Shown: one piece after another, positions 49,471-59,202 of the stretch
Layout: every line of letters begins with the position of its first letter
How positions within the stretch are numbered: position 1 is the stretch's first letter
Assembly: GCA_963753595.1 (NCBI GenBank)
Contig: CAVWCX010000037.1
Coordinates: 18,089-82,088, forward strand
Direction: 5' to 3'
Source of the DNA: Candidatus Methanoperedenaceae archaeon
GTDB taxonomy: Archaea > Halobacteriota > Methanosarcinia > Methanosarcinales > Methanoperedenaceae
Length of the DNA stretch: 64,000 nucleotides
Translations under genes and position numbers: made by a program
The notes under the pieces: generated by a model
Seen by the model: the letters and a program-made list of their open reading frames with translations, nothing else
What the model was told of the DNA's origin: nothing
Database searches by the model: none

Positions 49471-51200
49471 GAGGCTGTCCGATAATTAACTGAAAAACTC
49501 TCCGATTTTTCCATAATTCCAAATTATAATCAAGCCCATTGCTTGCGAAATAATTTCAAAACATTTATATCATACAAATACAGTTTTTAAATAAATATGA
49601 CTTTCTATAAAGACCTCAAAGACCAGGAACTGCTCTTACCTCCAAACATTCGTGATATGATACCAAAAAATCACATCTGCCATCTGGTTGATAAAATAAT
49701 CCAGAATATGGATCTATCTGATATCGAAAAGGAATACGAAGGAGCAGGACACCCCGCATATCATCCAAAACTCATCCTCAAGCTTCTGATATTGGGTCAA
49801 ATAGATGGAGTACGTTCATCAAGGATAATAGCAAAAAATGCTAGAGAGAACGTGGTATACATTTACCTTGCAGGTCTTCTCCAACCTGATTTCAGGACGA
49901 TAAGCGACTTTCGGAAAAACAATCTTGAAATGGTCAAATCATCATTTCATGAAGTTGTAAAATTCGCAAAAGATCTTGGCATGGTATCTCTTGGTCACAT
50001 ATGCATTGATGGAACAAAAATAAAAGCCAATGCATCAAATCACAGTGCAGTAACAAAAGATGATTTTTTAAAATTGAAGGAACTCGTTGAAAGAGAACTG
50101 GAAGAAGGCATCAGAATAGACGAGGAAGAGGACAGGATCCATGGTGATAAGAATATCGATGAGCTGCCAGATAACATCTTTGACAAAACGATAGCGGAAA
50201 AATTGAAAGAGAAATATCAGTCAGGGAGCAAAGAACAAAAAGAAAAAATCAAGAAACAGGTTGATAAGATCGAAAAAGAAATCGAAAAATCAGAGAGTGC
50301 CATCAGTGCTACTGATCCTGAAAGCAGGTTCATGCCAAATAACAAGAAGGTCACTGAATATTCCTATAATCCTCAGATAACAGCGGATTCTTCTTTTGGG
50401 ATAATCATTTCCAACGATGTCACGTCAGAGGTAAGGGATGCAAATCAGCTTAAGCCTCAGATAATACAGGCAGAAGAGAATGTTGGAACCCTTCCGGAAG
50501 GTACGAAGGTGAGTGCTGATAATGGATATTCAAGCAGCAAGAATCTCAAATTCATGAAGAAAAAAAAGCTGGATGGCTATATCCCGGATGAAAAAACGGC
50601 ATCAAACCTGAACAAAAATGAAGGAAAACCAGAAAACCCATTCGGTAAAGAGAATTTCGATTATGACCCGATAGAAGATTGTTTCATTTGCCCCAATAAT
50701 CAGAAACTGACGTTCCGTTTTGAGTATGTGGATATTGCCAAAAACAGAAATGTGCGGATTTATAAAGGCACTCAGTGTAAGCAATGTCCTGATCGTAAAA
50801 AATGTTCAAAGAACTCTCGGGATGGAAAAGTGATCAAGAATTATGAGGGGATGGAAGAGGAAAGAAGGAAGATGGCTTCTAAATTGATGTCAAAAGAGGG
50901 AGCATTGACATATCAGACGAGGAAAAAGGTCGTGGAGTGCATCTTTGGTCATATCAAGAGGAATCTTGGGTTCAGGGAATTTCTGTTGAGAGGGATTAAT
51001 GGGGCGAAAATTGAGTTCAATCTTACCTGCATTGCTTCAAACCTGAGAAGAATGTGGAACTTTTTGAATGGATTTATTGAAGTAAGATGTTAAATTGGAG
51101 AAGAAGTATCGTTTTTTTTTGTTTGTCTGAAAAATTAGGCAATTATTGCTGAAACATTGCTTGAATAAACTGTATTTGATATCAAATGTCGGTCAACCTC
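49471..51200 (+). mobile_element. IS1182 family insertion sequence
   Basis: TIRs GAGGCTGTCCGATAATT / GAGGTTGACCGACATTT (13/17); CTTTA duplicated at 49466-49470 and 51201-51205. Confidence 0.9.
49597..51093 (+). CDS. IS1182 family transposase
   Basis: GHPAYHP, PDFRTISDFRK, IDGTKIKANAS, TDPESRFM, ADNGY, VECIFGHIK. Confidence 0.94.
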   Translation: MTFYKDLKDQELLLPPNIRDMIPKNHICHLVDKIIQNMDLSDIEKEYEGAGHPAYHPKLILKLLILGQIDGVRSSRIIAKNARENVVYIYLAGLLQPDFRTISDFRKNNLEMVKSSFHEVVKFAKDLGMVSLGHICIDGTKIKANASNHSAVTKDDFLKLKELVERELEEGIRIDEEEDRIHGDKNIDELPDNIFDKTIAEKLKEKYQSGSKEQKEKIKKQVDKIEKEIEKSESAISATDPESRFMPNNKKVTEYSYNPQITADSSFGIIISNDVTSEVRDANQLKPQIIQAEENVGTLPEGTKVSADNGYSSSKNLKFMKKKKLDGYIPDEKTASNLNKNEGKPENPFGKENFDYDPIEDCFICPNNQKLTFRFEYVDIAKNRNVRIYKGTQCKQCPDRKKCSKNSRDGKVIKNYEGMEEERRKMASKLMSKEGALTYQTRKKVVECIFGHIKRNLGFREFLLRGINGAKIEFNLTCIASNLRRMWNFLNGFIEVRC

Positions 51201-51259
51201 CTTTAGCCCGAAGCAGTTCACAAACGCATATCTATTTTGGTGATATTTATGTCTTGAAG

Positions 51260-51868
51260 ATGCCATCACAAAAAGAAACAAGAATCTCTAACCTAAAAAA
51301 GGCGCTTAAAAAAGCCCTGGTAATAGATGAAAAAAAGATCGCTGGACAGATAAAAGCAACAGGTTTCCTGTGCAAAAAATGTGCCCAGTGCTGCAAGGCT
51401 GAATTTGGTGATAATACCGTGATCGTTTTTCCGTCAGAAATTAGAAGCATATGCGAAAAAACAGGACTTTCCAGTGATGATTTTGTAATACCAACGCCTT
51501 CACAGGACACGGATCCGGAAGGAAACATCCACACTTTTGAATGGGTACTGAAAAAAAATGGAGATTGCATATTCCTGAAAAATGATCTGTGTGAAATATA
51601 CGAATGCAGGCCGCATATATGCAGTACATATCCCTTTTATCTCCTTGGCGGGAAGCTTGAGGTTTCAGAATGCATGGGAATTGGAGGCAATATCAATGAT
51701 GAAGAGAGCCTCAAGTTTGCAGTACTTCTTAAACAAAGATATATTAAAGAAATAAGGGAGGCGATCGAACTTCTTGATAAGTTCAACGGGTTTATTCCAG
51801 GCGGCAGCGGCAACATTTGCGTGCATGACAGCGAAGGTGAACACTGGCTTACCAGGAATTTTAAGTAA
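51260..51868 (+). CDS. YkgJ/UPF0153 family cysteine-cluster protein
   Basis: CKKCAQCC, CIFL, CEIYECRPHICSTYPF. Confidence 0.88.
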   Translation: MPSQKETRISNLKKALKKALVIDEKKIAGQIKATGFLCKKCAQCCKAEFGDNTVIVFPSEIRSICEKTGLSSDDFVIPTPSQDTDPEGNIHTFEWVLKKNGDCIFLKNDLCEIYECRPHICSTYPFYLLGGKLEVSECMGIGGNINDEESLKFAVLLKQRYIKEIREAIELLDKFNGFIPGGSGNICVHDSEGEHWLTRNFK

Positions 51869-51967
51869 TAAAAAACACTTTTTCCTGAAAGGTATCAAAA
51901 AATCAAATCAGGAATATAAGGCATCCTCACATTACAATTATAAACATTAAACTAAATATGACATCCT

Positions 51968-52600
51968 ATGAAATTGCTTGCTTTATCAGACCTTCACGGC
52001 GATTATTCACATGTTGGATCCATTCTTGATAAGGCAGGGGATATTGATGCTGTACTGATCGCAGGAGATCTCACGAATTTCGGACCTGATGAAAAGGCAC
52101 TTGAGTTACTGGGAATGTTCAAGACTCCTGTTCTTGCAGTGCCTGGAAATTGTGATAATCCCACGCTTTTGAATATCCTGGATGAGAATAAAAATACCAT
52201 TAATCTTCATAATTCACTTCATAAAATTGGAGATTTGACATTTATCGGGCTTGGCGGCTCGAACCCGACTCCTTTTAACACACCATTTGAACTTTCAGAA
52301 AAAAAGATCAGTGAATATGTAGGAACATTATTGGGCAGATCAAAAGGAAGAATGATCTTATTATCCCATGCCCCGCCAAAAAACACTACAGACAAATTAC
52401 CGCATGGAAACGTGGGGAGCGAATCACTGGCTCGTTATCTGGGAAGGTTTGACCTCATTGTTTGCGGGCATATCCATGAAGCGAGGGGAATTGTACGTGT
52501 TAATGGCACCCAGGTAGTGAATCCGGGCATGGCATCAAAAGGGCAGGGGGCTGTAATTACGATAGGTGAAAAAATAGATATAGAATTTATTGATGCATAA
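51968..52600 (+). CDS. Calcineurin-like metallophosphoesterase
   Basis: SDLHG, AGD, PGNCD, SHAPP, CGHIHE. Confidence 0.9.
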   Translation: MKLLALSDLHGDYSHVGSILDKAGDIDAVLIAGDLTNFGPDEKALELLGMFKTPVLAVPGNCDNPTLLNILDENKNTINLHNSLHKIGDLTFIGLGGSNPTPFNTPFELSEKKISEYVGTLLGRSKGRMILLSHAPPKNTTDKLPHGNVGSESLARYLGRFDLIVCGHIHEARGIVRVNGTQVVNPGMASKGQGAVITIGEKIDIEFIDA

Positions 52601-53370
52601 TGATAAAAATAGCGATATCAGGTAAAGGCGGGGTGGGTAAAACCACACTTTCAGGGACACTGGCACGGCTATTTGCAAGAAAAGGATACGATGTCCTTGC
52701 AATTGACGCCGACCCCAGCATGAACCTTGCCTCTGCGCTTGGAATAAAAAATCCGCCAAGACCACTTACAGAATATAAAGAACTGATCGATGAAAGAGCG
52801 GGCGGCCCTGCAGGAGTTTTCAAGCTGAACCCCAGAGTGGATGATATTGTCAATAAATTCGGGGTAACAGGGCCCGATAATGTGAAATTGCTGGTAATGG
52901 GTACGGTTGAAAGAGGCGGCAGCGGATGCATGTGCCCTGCAAGCTCATTCCTTAAGGCCCTCATGCGTCACGTGATACTCAAATTGAACAGCGTCGTGAT
53001 ACTTGATATGGAAGCAGGTGTAGAACACCTGGGGCGCGGCACTACGAAAGGAATAGATTATATGATAATTGTCGTAGAACCCGGTTCACGGTCAATCGAA
53101 ACAGCAGGAAGGGTTGCAGAACTCGGGCGCCAGATCGGGATCAGCAAATTCGGTGTTGTCATAAATAAGGCCGGTGATGAAGTGTCAGATATCGAAGAAA
53201 AGTTAAAAGTTTACGATTTACCCGTAATTGGCTCGATCCCCTTTGATCCTGATATGATCAAGGCTGACCTTGATAACATTTCGCCAATCGAAAGAGGAGG
53301 CGCAGCAATTTCTTCCATAATAACGATCTTTGAAAAATTATCCAGGGGTGAGGAGCATAAAAAAACCTGA
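52600..53370 (+). CDS. cooC: CooC/AcsF-like nickel-insertion ATPase
   Basis: GKGGVGKTT, DADP, GSGCMCP, DMEAGVEHLGRG. Confidence 0.88.
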   Translation: MIKIAISGKGGVGKTTLSGTLARLFARKGYDVLAIDADPSMNLASALGIKNPPRPLTEYKELIDERAGGPAGVFKLNPRVDDIVNKFGVTGPDNVKLLVMGTVERGGSGCMCPASSFLKALMRHVILKLNSVVILDMEAGVEHLGRGTTKGIDYMIIVVEPGSRSIETAGRVAELGRQIGISKFGVVINKAGDEVSDIEEKLKVYDLPVIGSIPFDPDMIKADLDNISPIERGGAAISSIITIFEKLSRGEEHKKT

Positions 53371-54040
53371 ACTTATCCCAAGCGGATGCGCACCCCTTGA
53401 TGAAATGCTGGGCGGCGGCTTTGAAACCGGGATCGTCACGCAGATATATGGGGGCTCAGGTACGGGAAAGACCAATATCTGCATACAGCTTACAGTAGAA
53501 TGTGTCAGGGCCGGGAAAAAAGTCATATTCATAGATACCGAAGGCTTCTCAGCAGAGCGGTTCAAACAGATAGCGGGCGAGGATGCGAAAAAAATCGCGG
53601 GAGAGATAATCATATACGAACCCGTGAGCTTCGAGCAGCAGTATTCTGCAATTACCGACATCGAGAAGCTCATGAACGAGAAGATCGGGTTGATAATTCT
53701 TGACTCTGCAGCGCTTTTTTACAGGCTGGGTCTCACTCAGGATGATTCGGGTGAAGAGAATGTGGCAACAAGGCGTGAACTTGTGAACCAGATAGGGATT
53801 CTGCACGGGATCGCGAGAAAATACGGTGTAGCAGTCGTGATCACGAACCAGGTTTATAAAGATGTTGCAACCGGGGAACTGTGCCCTGTCGGGGGAAATG
53901 CGTTTGAACATCTTTCAAAAACGATTATTTTATTAGATAAGACCGGACCTTCAAAACGAAGAGCAACGTTGCGTAAACACAGGTCAAAAAGCGAAGGAGG
54001 TTTTTGTGAATTCATGTTGACCGATAAAGGCGCGAAATAG
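53357..54040 (+). CDS. radB: DNA repair and recombination protein RadB
   Basis: GSGTGKTN, IDTEG, TNQV, LRKHRS; probable ATA start after GGTGA. Confidence 0.93.
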   Translation: MKKPELIPSGCAPLDEMLGGGFETGIVTQIYGGSGTGKTNICIQLTVECVRAGKKVIFIDTEGFSAERFKQIAGEDAKKIAGEIIIYEPVSFEQQYSAITDIEKLMNEKIGLIILDSAALFYRLGLTQDDSGEENVATRRELVNQIGILHGIARKYGVAVVITNQVYKDVATGELCPVGGNAFEHLSKTIILLDKTGPSKRRATLRKHRSKSEGGFCEFMLTDKGAK

Positions 54041-54070
54041 CAGGTCAGATGAAATCCAGGTAAAAAAAAA

Positions 54071-54409
54071 TCAAGGGATAGAATGCAGTGATTTTCCAGG
54101 AAACCTGGTTGGAGTTGTTAAAATCATTTTTACAATATCCCTGTGGTCTTCCTTGAGGGAATAGCAGCGATGTTCCCTTTTCAAATAAATACGCAAGATA
54201 CCAAGCCTTGTATGCATCTGCCCGACCATAGCAGAGACACCTCTGTAATTAACTTCAAATCCCTGTTTTTTGAGGTAATCATAAACTTCACAGGTTGTAT
54301 AATTCCTGGTCTGCAAGAACAGGTTTAGAAGACATTTCCTTATGCCTACTTTATCCCTGACAAGAAATTTCAATAGCCTTGTTTTCACACCTTCAACATT
54401 ATTTGTTAT
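54071..54409 (-). CDS. DUF2551 family wHTH-like protein
   Basis: RD..GIRK, VNYRGVSAMVG.M.TRLGIL; start ATA 54409 or GTG 54388. Confidence 0.8.
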   Translation of the reverse strand: MTNNVEGVKTRLLKFLVRDKVGIRKCLLNLFLQTRNYTTCEVYDYLKKQGFEVNYRGVSAMVGQMHTRLGILRIYLKREHRCYSLKEDHRDIVKMILTTPTRFPGKSLHSIP

Positions 54410-54478
54410 AGCATCACCAATAATATTTATGTACGAATTGTTTCTTAAACTTGCTGGTTTAATTTTGGAAAAAAATGA

Positions 54479-54916
54479 TTATGATTTTAATTTTATTTTC
54501 TCCCCTTTAAGTATTTTATATAGCTTTTGTAAAAAATCCTTTATTTTGAAAACCAATGTTTTCGGATGGTCCACAGCAGAAGGTGTAGCAGCAGCATCCT
54601 TAACAACAGGTGCAACCTCCTTTACAGCAGGTTCAGATTCTCTTAAAAGGTACCATGTCAGAACTTTATGATATGATATGACCCCGATAAAAGCAGACCA
54701 TATAATGAGCAGGATGTGCAGGTTAAATACCTGTATCCCTGAATATGAAAATTGCATTATTGAAACGAATCCCACTGCCTCATCCGGAAGGATGAGAACA
54801 AAAACCAGGGGAATAATTAACATAATAAAAGCGGAAAGTAAAGGAGATACAAATACCATAATTCCAAGAATAAGGACTGAGTATATGAAAAAAAGCAATA
54901 TTGAAAAAATATCCAT
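54479..54916 (-). CDS. Hypothetical membrane protein
   Basis: Three hydrophobic segments; coupled to the upstream gene. Confidence 0.7.
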   Translation of the reverse strand: MDIFSILLFFIYSVLILGIMVFVSPLLSAFIMLIIPLVFVLILPDEAVGFVSIMQFSYSGIQVFNLHILLIIWSAFIGVISYHKVLTWYLLRESEPAVKEVAPVVKDAAATPSAVDHPKTLVFKIKDFLQKLYKILKGEKIKLKS

Positions 54917-56559
54917 TAATTCGACCTCATCTTACTTTTTGTTATTAAATAAGCTGTGAATGCAATACTTCCGATTATTCCGGAAATAATGAGAAATGAC
55001 ACTATCATAAATGTAATCATTTCATATCGACCTGCATTTATATATATTGTATCTATGTTATCGACTGTGGTTGATCCGGGGATTTCATTTTTTTGTACCG
55101 GGTTTGATTGCGCCTGCCTTACAGTCCCCCGGATATCCCGATAGGTTGCAGAAGCTTCAGGAAGATATACCGCATTGCCTTTCAATGAATACTTGAAATT
55201 TGCACTCTTTCCGGCATCCAAAAAACCCGACCATGTTGTTGAACCGCCCTCCAATGATAAACCGTCAGGTATTTTATCATCCACCGTAACAATTGCCGCC
55301 CTGTCTCCACTATTTATAATTTCCAGTTCCACATCTGTCAGGCCTTCGTTATTCAAAGCCTTCTTGACCAGGCGTATATAAGGCATATGATAGGTCATTT
55401 TAACTTTCTTTGATGTGCTCATCTCTTTGTCCCATTGCGCTGTGGCGCTTGTAAGCTGATAAACCCCTGGTTTCAGGAGATAGATATAATATGATACGTT
55501 TGCTGATTTCTTTGGCCCCAGTTCGACAATCCAATCCCTCTGGTTTTCTAATGTGTCTTCAGTTACATTATCATGGACGCGGACGAAGGTTCTGTTCGGT
55601 CCGGAATTATATACAAACAATTCAACAAGGACTTTTTCATCATCAGTTTCTTCCGGGACGCGTTTTATAATGGATATATAAGGAGCAACAGGTACTTCCC
55701 TGCTTACTGTGGATATGTAGGTATTATTTAGGTAATCGCGCACTTCTACCCTCGCATTAATGGTGAGCGTTGAATTAGGAGGCAGCAAATTTATTTGAGA
55801 TTTGAAGGATTTTGCACCATTAATATTAACTCCGGTAAAAATATCCGGCTTGAATGTTATTGGATTTTTGCTCTCAAGACCCAAACCCGCAATGTTAAGA
55901 GTTTCATCAGTCGTGATGTTTATTAATATGGAAATGTTTTCATTGGGAAAATATTCATCTTTATCAGTAATTATCTCTGCTTTGACCACTGGAGTCTTAT
56001 ATTTGAAAAACTCAATATCTATAAAACCAGTTTTATTTATGTCCCTAACAACTATTCGCAAGTTATCATAATTTTTTGAGCCATTTTTTGTGAAAACATC
56101 TGTATTAACTGTTTTTTTGCTTGATACTGTAAGATTTACTGAATCTTTACCAATGGCCTCAATTCCTATAGAATAAGCTTCAAATGAATATGTATCTCCC
56201 CATTTTAAGATCGTTCTGCCTGATGGTATCCAGATATCTTTATTTTCAAGCCGGCTAAAAGCGATCCATGACTCATCCCCGATTATCCCCAATAGAGTTA
56301 TTCCTGCATCATCATATTTTTTAAATTCATTTACTTGAAACTCTTTTGTTTCTATCAGTCCCCTGTCTTTATAAACAATTAATGTTGAGTTCGTATTATT
56401 CAAAGCAGTAACTTTCACATGGTAATTTTCAAAATCCAGAGATTCATCGATCTTAATAAAACCCGAGGATTTTGCGCTCCAGACTTTTTCGGTTGCGCCA
56501 AGAGAGGCAACAGGAAGAAAACTTATTATTATGAAACATATTACAATTTTTATGTTCAT
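54916..56559 (-). CDS. BatD/DUF11-like cell-surface protein
   Basis: Signal peptide, repeated V.L...NSG...V.D..P...Y.L...A.A Ig-like modules, C-terminal TM. Confidence 0.72.
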   Translation of the reverse strand: MNIKIVICFIIISFLPVASLGATEKVWSAKSSGFIKIDESLDFENYHVKVTALNNTNSTLIVYKDRGLIETKEFQVNEFKKYDDAGITLLGIIGDESWIAFSRLENKDIWIPSGRTILKWGDTYSFEAYSIGIEAIGKDSVNLTVSSKKTVNTDVFTKNGSKNYDNLRIVVRDINKTGFIDIEFFKYKTPVVKAEIITDKDEYFPNENISILINITTDETLNIAGLGLESKNPITFKPDIFTGVNINGAKSFKSQINLLPPNSTLTINARVEVRDYLNNTYISTVSREVPVAPYISIIKRVPEETDDEKVLVELFVYNSGPNRTFVRVHDNVTEDTLENQRDWIVELGPKKSANVSYYIYLLKPGVYQLTSATAQWDKEMSTSKKVKMTYHMPYIRLVKKALNNEGLTDVELEIINSGDRAAIVTVDDKIPDGLSLEGGSTTWSGFLDAGKSANFKYSLKGNAVYLPEASATYRDIRGTVRQAQSNPVQKNEIPGSTTVDNIDTIYINAGRYEMITFMIVSFLIISGIIGSIAFTAYLITKSKMRSN

Positions 56560-56602
56560 TATACTTTAAATTGAATTCAATTGGTTTAAACTTTTCTTTT
56601 AT

Positions 56603-57841
56603 TTAAATGTATATTATTTCTTTATTGGCAGGAGCAAATGATTTCACACCAAGTTCTTCATTGACCCAATGTGCGAATCCTTCAGTATTATCACCATGTA
56701 CCGCGATAACGGTTTCCGTACCCCTGTCGCAGAAGGTCTTTACAACCTCTTTTAATTGCGCATCCCCGCAATGTGCTGAAAAATCATAGAGCTCAAGCCT
56801 GCAATTAAGCCTCACCGTGCGTTTCCCATTTTCTATGTACCTTCTTTCAAGCGCTCTTCTGCCATTTGTGTCTTCTGCCTGGTAACCGGTAAGATGGATC
56901 TTGGATTTGGGATCGTTGCAAATCTCATCGATATAATATAAAACCGGTCCTCCGTTTAACATTCCAGCACTTGTCACGATTATAGAGGGTTCATTTATTA
57001 TTTCTTCCCTGTCATCCCGTTTTACGATATTTTCACTCGTGAATGCATTTTCAAGTTTCTTTATATCGGATACATATTCAGGCGACCGTTTCATTATGTT
57101 AAAGACATCGACTCCCATACCATCAACATATGCGCGAAGTTCGTGTTTTTTGAGTATCAGCATGATCTCCTGCGTTCTTCCTATGCCAAATGCCGGGATT
57201 ATTGCCCGCCCTCCGCTTTCAATTGTTTCCCTTATAGATGTGATGAACCGTTCCTCCAGGATTTTCCTGGGAGTGTGGTCCCTCCCGAAATATGTACTTT
57301 CAGTAAGAAGAATATCGCTATCAGGAAAATCTGTATCTGCGCCTTTCTGGAGTTCTGTCCTGATCGTGTTCAAATCCCCTGTATAAAACAGCGTCTGTTT
57401 ATCCTTTTCAAGATGCACCATCGAAGAACCGGGGATATGTCCTGCATCGTAAAAACATACAGAATATCCATTGCTATTGAATTCTTTCCCATATCCTATC
57501 GGCCTGGCCTTTCGTTCAAATTCCTGGATCTCTTCATGATAGTAAGGAATAACATGACCTTTTTTTGCCGCGATCTTCAGGGTATCCCTTGCCAGGAGCC
57601 CTGATAATTTTGCAGTCAGGGATGTGCAATATACCTCAGGTTCAAGGTCCATGATATTCGGGGCAAGCCCGCAATGGTCAAGATGCCCATGGGAAATTAT
57701 CATGGTTTTAGGACGAAGGCCATTTGAAGGATATGAGGGCGGATCTGTAGGTTTAATCCCGTAATCAAGAAGAAGCTCTTCATTTACAAGAATAGCAGAT
57801 CTTCCAACTTCTTTTGCCCCTCCAAGGAATCGTATGTTTAT
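56603..57841 (-). CDS. Beta-CASP ribonuclease (aCPSF2-type MBL hydrolase)
   Basis: FLGGAKEVGRS, SHGHLDHCG, AGHIPGS, TESTY, FGIGRTQE, FSAH; N-terminus extends to ATA 57841. Confidence 0.9.
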   Translation of the reverse strand: MNIRFLGGAKEVGRSAILVNEELLLDYGIKPTDPPSYPSNGLRPKTMIISHGHLDHCGLAPNIMDLEPEVYCTSLTAKLSGLLARDTLKIAAKKGHVIPYYHEEIQEFERKARPIGYGKEFNSNGYSVCFYDAGHIPGSSMVHLEKDKQTLFYTGDLNTIRTELQKGADTDFPDSDILLTESTYFGRDHTPRKILEERFITSIRETIESGGRAIIPAFGIGRTQEIMLILKKHELRAYVDGMGVDVFNIMKRSPEYVSDIKKLENAFTSENIVKRDDREEIINEPSIIVTSAGMLNGGPVLYYIDEICNDPKSKIHLTGYQAEDTNGRRALERRYIENGKRTVRLNCRLELYDFSAHCGDAQLKEVVKTFCDRGTETVIAVHGDNTEGFAHWVNEELGVKSFAPANKEIIYI

Positions 57842-57891
57842 GTTATCGCCTCAAGTCTATTTCGTAGATATTATTCTTGTTCTTTTAATAC

Positions 57892-59202
57892 TTTGCGCGG
57901 GGTCAAGGGGTAGAGATCGCCCAATGCCTTTAGGCTTGGGATGAAATGTACCCTCTGGAATAGATTACTTTCACCCCACTCTATCATAAGCGATATATAA
58001 TCTAAAAATAATGTCGATGCTGCATGAAAAAGACGTATCAATTCAGAATATACCCTAACAAGAATCATGAGGTTATTTTGAATAGAACGCTTGGAACTTG
58101 CAGGTATCTCTATAATAATGCTCTTGCAGAACGAAAGAAGCAAGCAGAGCTTAATCGGCTTAGAAAATCATTTGATGTATTCCCGTGGGGAAAACCTGAA
58201 TGGATCAACAAATACGATCAAATGCTTGATTTAACAGCTACAAAAACAGAATATCAAAAAGAAGTATATGGTCAAGTGCTTCAAGATGTTTTAAAAAGAG
58301 TGGATCGCAGTTTCAAGAATTTCTTTAATGGGTTCGGCTATCCCCGGTTTCAAGGAAGAAATAGATACAATAGTTTCACGTATCCCCAATCAGGTTTTTC
58401 AATCAAAGACGGAAAGCTTAACCTTTCAAAAATCGGAGCTATCAAGATCATCCTGCATAGACCGATTGAAGGCATAATCAAGACCTGTACCATCAAAAAG
58501 GATATTGACCAGTGGTATGTTACTTTTTCATGTGAAATCGAAGAGCCTATCCCGGTTGAGATCAAGACCAAAACAGGTATTGACGTGGGCTTAATCGACC
58601 TGATAACCCTGAGCAACGGGGAACAGGTCAAACCGCCAAAATTCCTGCGAGAATCAGAGAATAAGCTGACACAGGAACAGAAGCGGTTAAGCCGGAAAAA
58701 ACTCAGGTCAAAGAACAGGAATAAGCAGCGGGTGATAGTATCCAAAGCTCATCGAAAGATCAGGAATCAGAGAAAAGATTTTGCTCATAAACTGTCAAGA
58801 ACTCTTGTGGACTCCTATGACCGTATCGTGTTTGAAGATTTGCAGATAAAAAACATGGTGCAAAACCATCATTTTGCTAAATCCATAAACGATGCTGGAT
58901 GGTATCAGTTAATGCAATTCACGAAATCCAAGGCAGAATGTGCCGGGAAAATAGTTGAATTCGTTAATCCCGCAGGAACATCTCAGACCTGTATTTGCGG
59001 GTTCAGTGTCCCGAGAGACCTGTCAGTGAGGATACATAGTTGTCCTTCCTGTGGTCTTGTCATGGGAAGAGATCAGGTATCTGCAATATTAATCGAGAAT
59101 AGATGTACGGTAGGAACTACCGGAATTAACGCCCGTCAAGGATATCTCAGCGGAGTATCAATGCAGCGGGACGCTTTGCGGCTTTAACCCGGAGCAGTTC
59201 AC
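57892..59202 (+). mobile_element. IS200/IS605 family (IS1341-type, TnpB only) element
   Basis: LE hairpin CCCAA-T-GCC-TTTA-GGC-TTGGG (57920-57940), RE hairpin 59174-59194, terminal TCAC, no tnpA. Confidence 0.9.
58024..59187 (+). CDS. tnpB: RNA-guided endonuclease TnpB
   Basis: TYQFRIYP HTH, GYPRF, RuvC GIDVG / VFEDL / RDQVSA, Zn ribbon CICG..CPSCG. Confidence 0.95.
   Translation: MKKTYQFRIYPNKNHEVILNRTLGTCRYLYNNALAERKKQAELNRLRKSFDVFPWGKPEWINKYDQMLDLTATKTEYQKEVYGQVLQDVLKRVDRSFKNFFNGFGYPRFQGRNRYNSFTYPQSGFSIKDGKLNLSKIGAIKIILHRPIEGIIKTCTIKKDIDQWYVTFSCEIEEPIPVEIKTKTGIDVGLIDLITLSNGEQVKPPKFLRESENKLTQEQKRLSRKKLRSKNRNKQRVIVSKAHRKIRNQRKDFAHKLSRTLVDSYDRIVFEDLQIKNMVQNHHFAKSINDAGWYQLMQFTKSKAECAGKIVEFVNPAGTSQTCICGFSVPRDLSVRIHSCPSCGLVMGRDQVSAILIENRCTVGTTGINARQGYLSGVSMQRDALRL

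Larger units (their letters stand above)
49326..51221 (+). mobile_element. Internally deleted IS200/IS605 element (left tip plus omegaRNA/right end), split by IS1182
   Basis: 49326-49352 matches 57892-57918; 49346-49470 plus 51206-51221 match 59068-59202; ends in TCAC. Confidence 0.88.

Noticed and set aside
57892-58023. IStron (group I intron) allowing splicing out of coaD
   Set aside because: Left end is only about 130 bp with no intron core, and the element is antisense to coaD
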